Assembly: GCA_016927905.1 (NCBI GenBank)
Contig: JAFGLW010000004.1
Coordinates: forward strand, 1-64,000
DNA from: a candidate division CSSED10-310 bacterium
GTDB taxonomy: Bacteria; CSSED10-310; JAFGJC01
DNA: 64,000 nt
Reading direction: 5' to 3'
Shown: one piece after another, positions 27,350 to 37,577 of the stretch
Layout of the letters: every line of letters starts with the position of its first letter
Numbering within the stretch: the stretch's first letter is position 1
The notes under the pieces: model-generated
Database searches by the model: none
Told to the model about the DNA's origin: nothing
What the model saw: the letters and a program-made list of their open reading frames with translations, nothing else
Translations under genes and position numbers: made by a program

Positions 27350-29365
27350 ATGCGATTACTTTGGGTCCGAGATGAAGAGAAGATACCGGTTCCGCCGATC
27401 CGCGGCATTGGAAACGAACCGCCAGTGAAACTCGGACGACGGGCGTTTCTGGGAGGTATCCTGGCGACGGGCGCTGCCGGTGCCTTGGGTTGCACGCCGG
27501 GGCTTCTCAAAAAACGATCGAATCTCGTACTGATCACCGCGGACACGGTCCGAGCCCAAAGCATGTCGTGTTATGGTCACCCCCGGCTTACGTCCCCCTG
27601 CGCCGATCTGGCGGCTTCCCGGGGCGTGTTGTTCGAAAATGCATATTCCACATCGATATGCACGATGCCGGGACACGCTTCCATTTTCACGGGATTGTTT
27701 CCCGACCGGCACGGCGTCATCACAAATTATCGTCGATTAAAACGGAATATTCCGACCTTGGCCGAGATCCTTTCCCGGGAAGGATATACAACCGCAGCGT
27801 TTCTCGGAATCTGGATTCTGAACGAACCAGAAGGTATCGCAAGGGGATTTCAATATATCGACTGGAGTGAAACCGACCGGCCGTCACCCCTGAATGCGAT
27901 GCGCCGTTCCGGTGATTATATCGATCAGGTCATCGCTTTTTTGAAGCAGATGAAACGCCGGAAAGAACCTTTTTTTCTATGGGTTCATTCCTTCGATGCG
28001 CATGCGCCCTACATGCCGCCCGAACCCTTCGGATCGATGTATGTGAACCCGGATTTACCCACTGTGGACATTTTTCTGCTCATGCAGGGACTCCTGGAAA
28101 ACCTGAATGGCTATCGACCGGAATTCCCCAGGCCTTACATGGAATCGCAATACTTGGGGGAAATCCGATACTGGGACAGCAATTTCCAGAAGATTTTCGA
28201 GGTCATGCATGAATCCGGAAACCTGGCGGATACATTTCTGATTTATACTTCCGATCACGGTGAAAACATCGGTGAAAACGGCATTTACGGGCATGTGGAT
28301 TTGAACCAGCCGGTGATTCGAATTCCCCTGATTGCATGGCATCCGGACCGGCTCCCCGCCAAATCCGTTCGAACACCCGTGCAACAGACCGATCTGGTTC
28401 CAACGATACTGAATCTGCTGAAGATAGAATACAAACCGGATGATTTCGAGGGAATGGATTTAATGCCCCTGATCCTGGGTCGACATCCGGAGGATCTCCA
28501 CCGTCCGGTCTTTGTGATAAATTCCGGGTACAGCTCCGCATCGATTATCGATACGAGCTCGAATCTCAAAATCATTAAAAAACCGCTCATTGACTTTCCA
28601 TATCCGGATGAAGATATGATCTCGAAACAGAGCCATGCCGGTGAATTTATCGATTCGATTCAGAAGAACCGGTTTCGATGGCGTATCGTCAAAAAGAAAA
28701 ATCTCCTCAGTTTTTCCTTTTCAGGAGAAATCAAAATGGATCGTCCGGTCACCCGCGTGATGATTATGATTGTACGCCGGAATCCGGCCGGAAACCTGTC
28801 GGTCGACATGATATCGATGATTCCCAGGGAGTCCGCATTTTCCTTTTCCTATGAATTTCCTCGATACCAAGTTCCCCATCCGGTATCGGATTCCATTCCG
28901 TGCGATTACGTTTCGATGATTCCGACTTCCTCCGTCAAATATTCGTTATGGATGTTTGAATCGAGCGGAGATGCCGCATATGTATCTTCATGGTTTCAAT
29001 GCCTTGTCACCGATGAGAACGGAACGGTGCTTCATTTGAAGCCGGGCAGCCTTGACCGGATGATCCGGCTGAGCTCGGATGAAGATCAGCAATGGGGTCA
29101 CCAGTACGATCCAGGCCGGGATCCGAATGACCTGATGGCGCGTCTCAACCGGTTTTTGAACCGCAGGCGGGATATGACCTACCGGATCGATCAGCCGGAA
29201 TCGGGGATCGGCGATTTGCTGATTCTGCCTGCTTCAGAAGAATTCGAAACGGCGACACCCCGGGAAATCTACGATAAGTACCTGGAGATCCTGTCATTGG
29301 CCCCGAATAAGGACGTGTTCGAAAAGAACCGGCAACAACTCGAAAGTCTTGGATACATTTCCTGA
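27350..29365 (+). CDS. Alkaline-phosphatase-superfamily paralog 2, a Tat-exported lipoprotein, Thr-type motif T-M-P-G-H.
   Basis: It has a twin-arginine signal with lipobox (GRRAFLGGILATGAAGALGC). ITADTVRAQSM and STSICTMPGHASIFTGLFPDRHG. Confidence 0.7.
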   Translation: MRLLWVRDEEKIPVPPIRGIGNEPPVKLGRRAFLGGILATGAAGALGCTPGLLKKRSNLVLITADTVRAQSMSCYGHPRLTSPCADLAASRGVLFENAYSTSICTMPGHASIFTGLFPDRHGVITNYRRLKRNIPTLAEILSREGYTTAAFLGIWILNEPEGIARGFQYIDWSETDRPSPLNAMRRSGDYIDQVIAFLKQMKRRKEPFFLWVHSFDAHAPYMPPEPFGSMYVNPDLPTVDIFLLMQGLLENLNGYRPEFPRPYMESQYLGEIRYWDSNFQKIFEVMHESGNLADTFLIYTSDHGENIGENGIYGHVDLNQPVIRIPLIAWHPDRLPAKSVRTPVQQTDLVPTILNLLKIEYKPDDFEGMDLMPLILGRHPEDLHRPVFVINSGYSSASIIDTSSNLKIIKKPLIDFPYPDEDMISKQSHAGEFIDSIQKNRFRWRIVKKKNLLSFSFSGEIKMDRPVTRVMIMIVRRNPAGNLSVDMISMIPRESAFSFSYEFPRYQVPHPVSDSIPCDYVSMIPTSSVKYSLWMFESSGDAAYVSSWFQCLVTDENGTVLHLKPGSLDRMIRLSSDEDQQWGHQYDPGRDPNDLMARLNRFLNRRRDMTYRIDQPESGIGDLLILPASEEFETATPREIYDKYLEILSLAPNKDVFEKNRQQLESLGYIS

Positions 29366-29379
29366 ATTCGAGAACCGCT

Positions 29380-31017
29380 TTATTCTCCGGCAACAATTGC
29401 CTGAACATCGGCTTTGACTTCGCCGATGGGCTTGATATCGAATTTTTCGACCAGGACCTTGGCCACATTCGGTGAAAGAAATCCCGGCAGGGTCGGGCCC
29501 AGGCGGATTCCCTTGACTCCCAGATAAAGCAGCGCCAGAAGGACGGTGACGGCTTTCTGCTCGTACCATGCGATGTCGTAGGAGATCGGCAGATCGTTGA
29601 TGTCGTCCAAACCCAGAATCTCCTTCAGCTTCAAAGCCACCAGTGCCAGTGAATAGGAATCGTTGCACTGCCCGGCATCCAGAACTCGCGGAATCCCGTC
29701 GATCGCGCCCAGGTTCAGCTTGTTGTACCGGTATTTGGCGCATCCCGCGGTCAGGATAACGGTGTCCTCGGGCAGCGATTCGGCCACATCCGTGTAGTAA
29801 TTCCGGGTGGTATGGCGCCCATCACAACCGGCCATGACCACGAACCGCTTGATCGCCCCGGATTGAACCGCGGCCAGAATCTTGTCGGCCAGCGCCAGGA
29901 TCTGGTTGTGGGCGAATCCACCGGTGATTGTTCCCGATTCGATCTTTTGTGGGGGAGGAGATTTTTTCGCCAGCGCGATGATTCCAGAGAAATCCTTGGG
30001 TTCACCGTCGCTTCGATCCGGGATATGCCGGACTCCGGGATACCCCGTCTGGCCTGTCGTGAAGATACGGTCCCTGTAAGAATCCTTGACGGGAACGATG
30101 CAGTTGGTGGTCATGAGTATCGGACCGTTGAAGGTTTCGAACTCCTTCTGCTGTCTCCACCACGATCCGCCGTAGTTCCCGAAGAAATGGGAATATTTCT
30201 TGAAGGCGGGATAATAGTGTCCCGGGAGCATTTCGCCGTGAGTGTAAATATCCACTCCGGCACCCTCGGTCTGCCGCAGCAGTTCCTCCAGATCCTTCAG
30301 ATCGTGTCCGGACACCAGAATTCCCGGATTGGTGCCGACTCCGATATTGACGCGGGTGATTTCCGGATTCCCGTAGGTGGACGTGTTGGCCTTATCCAGA
30401 AGCGCCATGGTCTTGACAGCGATCTCCCCGGCATCCATGACCATCCGGACCATTTCATCGACCGGCAGATCCCTGGTTGTGGAAGCCAGACCCCGGATCA
30501 GAAACCGGTGGATGTCCGGATCCCGGTATCCCAGAACCGATGCATGGTGTGCATAGGCCGCAATTCCTTTCATTCCATAGATCAAAAGCTCCCGCAGCGA
30601 CCGGATATCTTCATCCGGAGTGGACAGGACACCGATATCGGCCGCCTTTGCCGGGTAATTAGAAATATCCCGGGGATTCCAGGTCACGGAATCGTGAAGA
30701 ATATCCCCACCCATCGTCAGCCCGGATTTCAGGCGGTTCCGAAGATCCAGACCCTGCTGAATCAACGCCGAAATTCTGGTTTCATCGAAATTCGCATTGG
30801 TAATGGTTGCAAACAAGGCTCCCGAAATAAACTCCCCGATCTCCCCCAGCCGGACGGGGTCCTCGGCAACCCGTTCCCCCACCAGGGCGATTCCCTTCAG
30901 TGTATGGATCAGAAGATCCTGCAGATTGGCGGTTTCTTCCGTCTTCCCGCAAACACCCCTCCGGGTGCAACCCCGGTTCCCGGCTGTTTCCTGGCATTGA
31001 TAACAGAACATGCTCAT
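29380..31017 (-). CDS. hcp: Hydroxylamine reductase / hybrid-cluster protein.
   Basis: [23 protein letters not shown] is the N-terminal Cys cluster. It is 545 aa. Confidence 0.9.
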   Translation of the reverse strand: MSMFCYQCQETAGNRGCTRRGVCGKTEETANLQDLLIHTLKGIALVGERVAEDPVRLGEIGEFISGALFATITNANFDETRISALIQQGLDLRNRLKSGLTMGGDILHDSVTWNPRDISNYPAKAADIGVLSTPDEDIRSLRELLIYGMKGIAAYAHHASVLGYRDPDIHRFLIRGLASTTRDLPVDEMVRMVMDAGEIAVKTMALLDKANTSTYGNPEITRVNIGVGTNPGILVSGHDLKDLEELLRQTEGAGVDIYTHGEMLPGHYYPAFKKYSHFFGNYGGSWWRQQKEFETFNGPILMTTNCIVPVKDSYRDRIFTTGQTGYPGVRHIPDRSDGEPKDFSGIIALAKKSPPPQKIESGTITGGFAHNQILALADKILAAVQSGAIKRFVVMAGCDGRHTTRNYYTDVAESLPEDTVILTAGCAKYRYNKLNLGAIDGIPRVLDAGQCNDSYSLALVALKLKEILGLDDINDLPISYDIAWYEQKAVTVLLALLYLGVKGIRLGPTLPGFLSPNVAKVLVEKFDIKPIGEVKADVQAIVAGE

Positions 31018-31108
31018 GATTCATCCTCCTTTAACGTGGCATCAGTTTACCTTCCCAATTCGATTCACGCCACTTTTCAATTATATTGACGCGCTCATGC
31101 GGGTGACA

Positions 31109-31122
31109 TTGACTTAAGTCAA
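31109..31122. promoter_or_regulatory. Perfect CRP/FNR-type palindrome TTGACttaaGTCAA in the hcp/crp divergent intergenic region. Candidate HcpR operator.
   Basis: Exact 5-4-5 palindrome, 90 bp upstream of hcp and 35 bp upstream of the crp-family gene. Confidence 0.5.
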
Positions 31123-31155
31123 TTCGGATGGAAATCCACAGACCCGGATTCTATA

Positions 31156-31833
31156 ATGCCTTCGATGAATCTCGTAATGGTATTGAAAAGGTCGGATCTG
31201 TTCGCGGATGTGGGAGATTCCCATCTGAAGGCGATTTTGAGCGGCAGCCGGATGAGACATTATGAAAAGAACGACTTCATTTTTTTCGAAGGCGATGAAG
31301 GCAGCGCATTCTATCTTCTGGTGGAGGGTTCGGTAAAGCTGGCAAAATCCTCCGCAGACGGCCAGGAAACACTGGTCAAACTGGTCCGGCCGGGTGAAGT
31401 ATTCGCCGAGATCATTCTGTTTGAAAAAAGCGGCTATCCGGTCACCGCCGAATCCGCAGGGCCTTCGAAAGTCCTTGAAATATCCAGAAAACATTTCCTG
31501 ACGCTGCTCGACGACACCGGTTTCCGGAATGAATTCATCGCGCTGCTCATCCGCAGGCAGCGATATCTTGTAAACCGGATTCTGGTTCTGACGGCATATG
31601 ACGTGGAAGAACGTTTTTTCATGTTTTTACGGGAGCGATACGGAGCGCATCAAACCTATCGTATCGACGTATCCAAACAAGATATGGCGTCAGCCATCGG
31701 CACAATTCCGGAAACGTTTTCGCGAATGCTGAAACGGTTGAAAACAAATAAAACTCTTCGATGGACCGGCAAAACATTGCATCTGGCATCCGGGTTCTGG
31801 GAAAACCGCGAGGATCATGACCGAAAGGCATAA
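31156..31833 (+). CDS. Crp/Fnr-family transcriptional regulator, likely HcpR-type.
   Basis: It has a cNMP-binding-like beta-roll (FIFFEGDEGSAFYLLVEGSVKL) and a C-terminal HTH (MASAIGTIPETFSRMLKRL). It is divergent from hcp. Confidence 0.8.
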   Translation: MPSMNLVMVLKRSDLFADVGDSHLKAILSGSRMRHYEKNDFIFFEGDEGSAFYLLVEGSVKLAKSSADGQETLVKLVRPGEVFAEIILFEKSGYPVTAESAGPSKVLEISRKHFLTLLDDTGFRNEFIALLIRRQRYLVNRILVLTAYDVEERFFMFLRERYGAHQTYRIDVSKQDMASAIGTIPETFSRMLKRLKTNKTLRWTGKTLHLASGFWENREDHDRKA

Positions 31834-33685
31834 ACACGCTTTTTTACGAATCCCGATCATCTGGATCCTCATCTGGGCGGCCGGATGTTCCTCCCCGGAA
31901 CCCGGACCGTCCGGGTATCGCTTGACCCACCTTGTTCCATCATCCGATGAATGTCCCTTCAGATCTCTCGATCAATCTCCGAGCGAAAAAGACGGCGAAC
32001 CGGATTTCCCGGATTCCGAATGGGTTATTGCCCGGATCAAAGCGGGCGGCATAACCAGGAACGCCATGGTTCTGAGACCCGATCAACCACTGGAAATAAC
32101 GGCGGATACCCTCCATGACGCCCGTTTCCGGGCCAGCCTGGTCGCTCCGGTCGACAGCTCCAATTTAACCACCGATCTCCGGGTCCGAATCCGCACGGAA
32201 TCATCCGCTCAACCGGGAACCGCTGCGGAGCGCTGGGTTATAATGCCGCGGGATGCCGGTTCCGGATGGATTCCGGTGGATTTCGACCTGTCCGGACTGG
32301 GTCCGGGCGAAAAGACCCTTTGCATAACACTTGAAGGGTCCGGAATCAACAAATCCAACCTCCCGGTATTCATAGGCTCCCCGGTCATGATATCGGGGGA
32401 TCCCGATTCCAGGAAAACCAGTATCGTCATGATCCTGCTGGATTCCCTCCGTGCGGATCACCTGGGGTGCTACGGTTATCCGGAACCGGTCTCCCCGTTT
32501 ATCGACCGGCTCAGCCGGGGAAGCGTTCAATACATGGCTGCCAGATCGCCATGTTCCTGGACAATGCCGTCGGTGAACGCGCTGTTCACCGGCATCTATC
32601 CTTCACGGTACCAGTATATCGGCGATCCCATGAAGGAATTGCCGGACTCGATGGAATCCCTTGCGCAGGTGTTGTCCCGCAACGGTTATTTTGCCATCGG
32701 CATCAGCAGCAACTCGCTGATCGTTCCGGAACATGGATTCGACCGGGGTTTCGACGTGTTCGACGACACCAGTGTCCGCTACGGGCAGAAAAATTCGGCA
32801 ACACTCATGTACTCCCGTACCGTGGAACTCCTGAAAACATACCGGGATCTTCCTCTGTTTTTATATGTGCACTGCATGGATCCCCATGATCATTATGCGC
32901 CGCCCGGTCCCTTCCGCCACATGTTCGATCTGCCTGCCGGAGTGGCCCGGGATCTGATCATTCAGGGGGATTCCGGACAGCTCATGTCCCGGATCGAATC
33001 CGCCGGGGAGATTCCGCCAGATCGGGAGCAAACATCCTATCTGAACGCACTGTATTCGGGTGAGATCCGGTGTATGGATGCCATTGTCGAATGGATATTA
33101 AGAAAAATGCAGGATCTGGGCATGCACAGGGAACTGAACCTGATCGTGACCTCCGACCACGGTGAGGAATTCATGGATCACGGCAGACTTCAGCACGCCC
33201 GAACCCTGTATGAAGAATCCATCCGGATTCCACTCCTGATCTGGAAACGGGATCGGTTCCGGAGTTGCGATCTCGTGAGGGGACCGGTGTCATTGATCGA
33301 TCTGGTCCCGACCCTGATGTCCGCTGCAAACCTGGACATTCCGGAGGGAATCGACGGAGTGGACATCGGAAAGCCGGAGATTGTTCCACCGGAGAGAACC
33401 CTGTTCGCTCAGCTTCATGACCTGGACCGGCCGATAATTAGCTGGCGTGCGGCGATCCGGGGAAACTTGAAGGTCCTCCAGATCGGGAGCGCGCCCTTCC
33501 AATATTATCGACTGGACAGTGATCCGGGCGAGTTGTCGGCCGTTTCGGGCGATCCGGCCGGTTTCCACGCGCTGGCACAGGAGCTTGGGGCTCGATTGGA
33601 TGCGGAGCGGAACCTGCCGAGGGAATCCTGCCGGAACGATGAATATATCGAGCAGCAGTTGAAACGACTGGGATATATAAACTGA
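31817..33685 (+). CDS. Alkaline-phosphatase-superfamily paralog 3, a Sec lipoprotein, motif T-M-P-S-V.
   Basis: It has a lipobox (IWAAGCSS). MILLDSLRADHLGCYGY and RSPCSWTMPSVNALFTG. It overlaps the crp stop by 17 nt. Confidence 0.7.
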   Translation: MTERHKHAFLRIPIIWILIWAAGCSSPEPGPSGYRLTHLVPSSDECPFRSLDQSPSEKDGEPDFPDSEWVIARIKAGGITRNAMVLRPDQPLEITADTLHDARFRASLVAPVDSSNLTTDLRVRIRTESSAQPGTAAERWVIMPRDAGSGWIPVDFDLSGLGPGEKTLCITLEGSGINKSNLPVFIGSPVMISGDPDSRKTSIVMILLDSLRADHLGCYGYPEPVSPFIDRLSRGSVQYMAARSPCSWTMPSVNALFTGIYPSRYQYIGDPMKELPDSMESLAQVLSRNGYFAIGISSNSLIVPEHGFDRGFDVFDDTSVRYGQKNSATLMYSRTVELLKTYRDLPLFLYVHCMDPHDHYAPPGPFRHMFDLPAGVARDLIIQGDSGQLMSRIESAGEIPPDREQTSYLNALYSGEIRCMDAIVEWILRKMQDLGMHRELNLIVTSDHGEEFMDHGRLQHARTLYEESIRIPLLIWKRDRFRSCDLVRGPVSLIDLVPTLMSAANLDIPEGIDGVDIGKPEIVPPERTLFAQLHDLDRPIISWRAAIRGNLKVLQIGSAPFQYYRLDSDPGELSAVSGDPAGFHALAQELGARLDAERNLPRESCRNDEYIEQQLKRLGYIN

Positions 33686-33731
33686 AAATCAAGACGCAGC
33701 CGATGAACGGACACCGGCAGATCTGCCGGGA

Positions 33732-35132
33732 TTAAAATCTCGGGGCGATGATCCGGGTGGTCAACTGCACCACTTTCACCTTGGCGTAGTGGAACAGATA
33801 GGCAAAAGCCAGTCCGAGCGGCGATGATTTCGGTTCGGATATCCAGGCCAGCGGGATCAGGGTTGTCCACCGGAGTAAACCAGATATTCCGAACAGGACC
33901 TGTTCGGACTCAAGCGAAAAGTGTCCCATTTTCACCGGATCCGGCAGATACGCTCCCGAAAGAAGCATGGTGATCATCATGGCCACGCCCGAAACCGCGC
34001 CGAATATTCCGGAATAGATCTGCCGTTTGCCGTCCGGCGCCACCGCCAGGACGAAATTCATCGCGATGATTCCCGCACCCGACCACATGACGCCGGATGA
34101 TGCCGCTTCAAGATAAATCAGCCAGTATGTCTCGGGCGTGGCGAAGACCCAGATGATGGCATTCATCCCGCTCAGAAGAATCGCGATCTTCATGGCGGTC
34201 TTGTTCCCGACCCGGTCGATCAGGGAGCCCCAGGCTTTTAAAACGGTAAACGATGCGATGGTGCTGATGGTGCCGTAGATCTGCATGTCGATGAGTGACA
34301 TATGCAGCTTCTGGATCATAAACGGCTGCCAGAACGGCGACCCGACTCCCACTGCCAGCATCCACCAGGAACCATAGACCAGGAGCCATCTGAAATTTTT
34401 ATCTTTGAACGGCTCGCTCAGCATTTGCCATGAGCTGATATTTTCGACGCTCTTGGGCATTTCAGGCTGCCGGTTCAGCAAAATTAGCCCGATCACGCCT
34501 GCGAGCGCGGCGAGTGCAAAAATACCCAGAAATCCCACGGGCGGGAACTGCGCAGGGAAACGATCCGCCAGTCCAGCAAGATCCTTAAGATATCCGGTTA
34601 TCCCCGACCTTCCGGAATCAAACAGATCCACGATTCCTCCCAGGAGATACCCGGTGACGAGTCCGGCGACGAGAAGATACCTGGACCGCCAAGAGAAAAA
34701 CCGGCCGCGAATTTTAAACGGCACGATGTCGGATATCCAGGCGATCCAGGCATTCCCGCTGATCGCCTGGAATGTTGTGGCAATAAAAAACAGAAAAAGG
34801 AACAATTCCATGGCCTTGTCATGCGACATCACCAGTGCGGGAATACCATAGCAGACGGCCAGAAACCGGCCCCAGGCCGTCAGTTTCACAACGAATCGGC
34901 GCCGGGATGTCATCTTCTTGGTGAACAGGGCGCCCAGAGGCTGGAATATCTGGGAGATCTGACCGATCGCCGACAGGATGGCGAACTGAAACGGCGTCGC
35001 TCCCAGAAGAACGGCGAATTTGGTGATGAACATGCTGCCCGGAGCGGCCATGGAGGCGTATATCTGGGCGAACACACCTTCACCGATTGACAGCCGGAGG
35101 GTTTTTCTGAGAGCGGATTCAGCCGATTTCAT
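33732..35132 (-). CDS. MFS transporter.
   Basis: It has 12 TM helices, is 466 aa, and has an MFS-like topology. Confidence 0.75.
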   Translation of the reverse strand: MKSAESALRKTLRLSIGEGVFAQIYASMAAPGSMFITKFAVLLGATPFQFAILSAIGQISQIFQPLGALFTKKMTSRRRFVVKLTAWGRFLAVCYGIPALVMSHDKAMELFLFLFFIATTFQAISGNAWIAWISDIVPFKIRGRFFSWRSRYLLVAGLVTGYLLGGIVDLFDSGRSGITGYLKDLAGLADRFPAQFPPVGFLGIFALAALAGVIGLILLNRQPEMPKSVENISSWQMLSEPFKDKNFRWLLVYGSWWMLAVGVGSPFWQPFMIQKLHMSLIDMQIYGTISTIASFTVLKAWGSLIDRVGNKTAMKIAILLSGMNAIIWVFATPETYWLIYLEAASSGVMWSGAGIIAMNFVLAVAPDGKRQIYSGIFGAVSGVAMMITMLLSGAYLPDPVKMGHFSLESEQVLFGISGLLRWTTLIPLAWISEPKSSPLGLAFAYLFHYAKVKVVQLTTRIIAPRF

Positions 35133-35457
35133 GCGGTGAATCCTACGCCGCGCAATTTCAACTTACAACGCAAATTTTACTTCGCGAATCCTGCAATGAC
35201 GGAGAGTTTTGACGATAACGGCCAACATGAAGCACCGCCACATTTTAACTCCTTTCAATTCCCGGATGGCTTTCTTCAAACACGGTTTATTTCTTGGAAA
35301 CGATCCGGGCATCCGTCTGTTGGGCAAAAGTAATGCCAGATTTTTATCTGAAACGTCCGGACGATCGGAGCGTCATATAATCGCAGTGTTTGAGCCATGG
35401 GACAGGTTGCATGAAGAAAGCATTTTGATTACATAGAACTTCCAGGGAGGGTTTGAC

Positions 35458-36339
35458 ATGAAAATCCTGATATCCGATTCGTTCGATGCATCTCTGCCGG
35501 GAAAACTCGGCCGGTACGGCGAAGTGTTCGACGATCAGTCCCGCCTGCCCGAAGCGGACGTGGTTCTGGTGCGGTCGAAAACGAAGTGTACCCGGGAGTA
35601 TATCGACCGGGCACCCAATCTGAAGTTGATCATCCGAGGCGGGGTCGGTCTGGACAATGTGGATGTGGACTATGCGAAGTTGAAGGGGATCACCGTTCGG
35701 AACACGCCGGAGGCGTCCAGCATCGCCGTGGCGGAGCTGGCCATGGCGTTTCTGGTGTCCATTCCCAGCCTGTTGATTTCGGGGCACATGACCATGGTTC
35801 GGGGGGAATGGGCCAAGAAGGAGTTGAAACGGACAGAGTTGTACGGCAAGATCCTGGGGCTGGTGGGGATCGGCCGCATCGCCACCGAGGTGGCTGTCCG
35901 GGCCCGGGCGTTCGGGATGACGGTGATCGCCTACGACAAATTCATCCCGGAATCTCCCCATGCCGAAATGGTGACCTTCGAGGAATTGCTGACCCGGTCC
36001 GACTTCATCTCCCTGCACGTTCCCCTGACTCCCGAAACCGAGGGAATGATCAATGCAAAAACCATCGCCCGGATGAAACCGGGTATCGTTCTGGTCAACA
36101 CCGGCCGGAGTAAATGCGTGGTGGAGTCCGATATTGCGAATGCACTCAACTCCGGGCGCATGCGGGCTTTTGGAACCGACGTCTGGCATTCCGATCCACC
36201 CGAATGGGATACCTGCCCGCTGGTAAAGGCTCCCAATGTCTTCATGACACCCCATATCGGCGCTTCGACAAAGGAAAACCTGCTTCGCATCGGCGAGGTC
36301 ATCGACAGGATCATCGCCGATTTTGCCCGAGAGGAGTAA
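35458..36339 (+). CDS. serA: D-isomer-specific 2-hydroxyacid dehydrogenase, probably a short-form 3-phosphoglycerate dehydrogenase.
   Basis: It has an NAD Rossmann fold (GLVGIGRIATEVA) and a catalytic His/Glu/Arg arrangement. It lies immediately upstream of serC. Confidence 0.6.
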   Translation: MKILISDSFDASLPGKLGRYGEVFDDQSRLPEADVVLVRSKTKCTREYIDRAPNLKLIIRGGVGLDNVDVDYAKLKGITVRNTPEASSIAVAELAMAFLVSIPSLLISGHMTMVRGEWAKKELKRTELYGKILGLVGIGRIATEVAVRARAFGMTVIAYDKFIPESPHAEMVTFEELLTRSDFISLHVPLTPETEGMINAKTIARMKPGIVLVNTGRSKCVVESDIANALNSGRMRAFGTDVWHSDPPEWDTCPLVKAPNVFMTPHIGASTKENLLRIGEVIDRIIADFAREE

Positions 36340-36343
36340 CCGT

Positions 36344-37444
36344 ATGACACACCGGGTTTACTGTTTCAACGCCGGGCCGGCGGCGCTGCCCCTGCCCGTT
36401 TTGGAGGAGGTTCAGGCGGAGCTTCTGGATTACAATGGAACCGGAATGAGCGTGATGGAGCTGAGTCATCGGGGTCCGGATTATTCCGGGATCCACTCCG
36501 AAGCGCAGGTTCTGTTCCGGGAACTGCTCGGATTGAACGACGACTGGAAAGTCCTGTTCCTGTCCGGCGGGTCATCCACCCAGTTTTTTGCATTGCCTTA
36601 TAACATCCTGGAAAAAAACAAAACAGCGGATTACATCGTGACGGGATCCTGGTCGAAAAAAGCCGTGAAGGAGGCGAAACAGTTTGGAGCCGTGCATATC
36701 GCTCACGACGCCGCCGATGCCGACGGGAAATATTACTATATTCCCGGGCAGTCCCGGTTGAATCTCAATCCGGATGCCGCCTACCTTCATTTCACATCCA
36801 ACAACACCATCGCCGGCACCCAGTTCCGGACATTTCCCCAGGCCCCGCCGGGTGTATTCCTGGCCGCGGACATGTGCTCCGATCTGCTGTGGCGTAAATT
36901 CGATCCGGAACCGTTCGGGATTTTCTATGCCAGCGCTCAGAAGAATCTGGGGCCGTCCGGTGTGACCGTGGTGGCCGTCCGGAAAGAATTCCTGCAGCGG
37001 TGCCGGGACGATGTGCCCGCCATGGTCAGCTACAGGATTCATGCGGATAACGACTCGCTGTACAACACCCCGCCGACCTTTGCGGTGTACATCGCCGGCA
37101 AGGTTTTGAAATGGCTCGAATCAATCGGCGGGCTGGATGAAATGGAGCGGAGAAACCTGGAAAAGGCCGGAATGCTGTACCGGACGATCGACGCCGAACC
37201 GGAATTCTGGCGGACCCGGGTCCGCAGGGACAGCCGGTCGGTCATGAACGTGGTGTGGCGGATCCGTGATGATGAAGCACTTGAGAAACAGTTTGTTTCC
37301 GAAGCCGCTGCGGCCGGACTGGTCGGCTTGAAAGGCCACCGCTCAGTGGGCGGCATCCGTGCGTCCATTTACAATGCCGTGCCCCTGGAAGGCGTTCAGG
37401 CACTGGTTTCGTTCATGGATCAGTTCATTCAAAAGCATGGATAA
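36344..37444 (+). CDS. serC: Phosphoserine aminotransferase.
   Basis: YCFNAGPAALPLPVLEEVQAELLDYNGTGMSVMELSHRG is the SerC N-terminal signature. It is about 366 aa. Confidence 0.9.
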   Translation: MTHRVYCFNAGPAALPLPVLEEVQAELLDYNGTGMSVMELSHRGPDYSGIHSEAQVLFRELLGLNDDWKVLFLSGGSSTQFFALPYNILEKNKTADYIVTGSWSKKAVKEAKQFGAVHIAHDAADADGKYYYIPGQSRLNLNPDAAYLHFTSNNTIAGTQFRTFPQAPPGVFLAADMCSDLLWRKFDPEPFGIFYASAQKNLGPSGVTVVAVRKEFLQRCRDDVPAMVSYRIHADNDSLYNTPPTFAVYIAGKVLKWLESIGGLDEMERRNLEKAGMLYRTIDAEPEFWRTRVRRDSRSVMNVVWRIRDDEALEKQFVSEAAAAGLVGLKGHRSVGGIRASIYNAVPLEGVQALVSFMDQFIQKHG

Positions 37445-37577
37445 TTCATTTGCTCGTTTTTGCATCACCGGATTAATCGAAATAGCGGAAAAGTCCATCT
37501 CCTGACAGAGTGTTTGGCAGCGTTTTTGCTTCAAACAGTGGTATCGTGTGTATTTTGATCTGTTCAGGAGGTGGATT

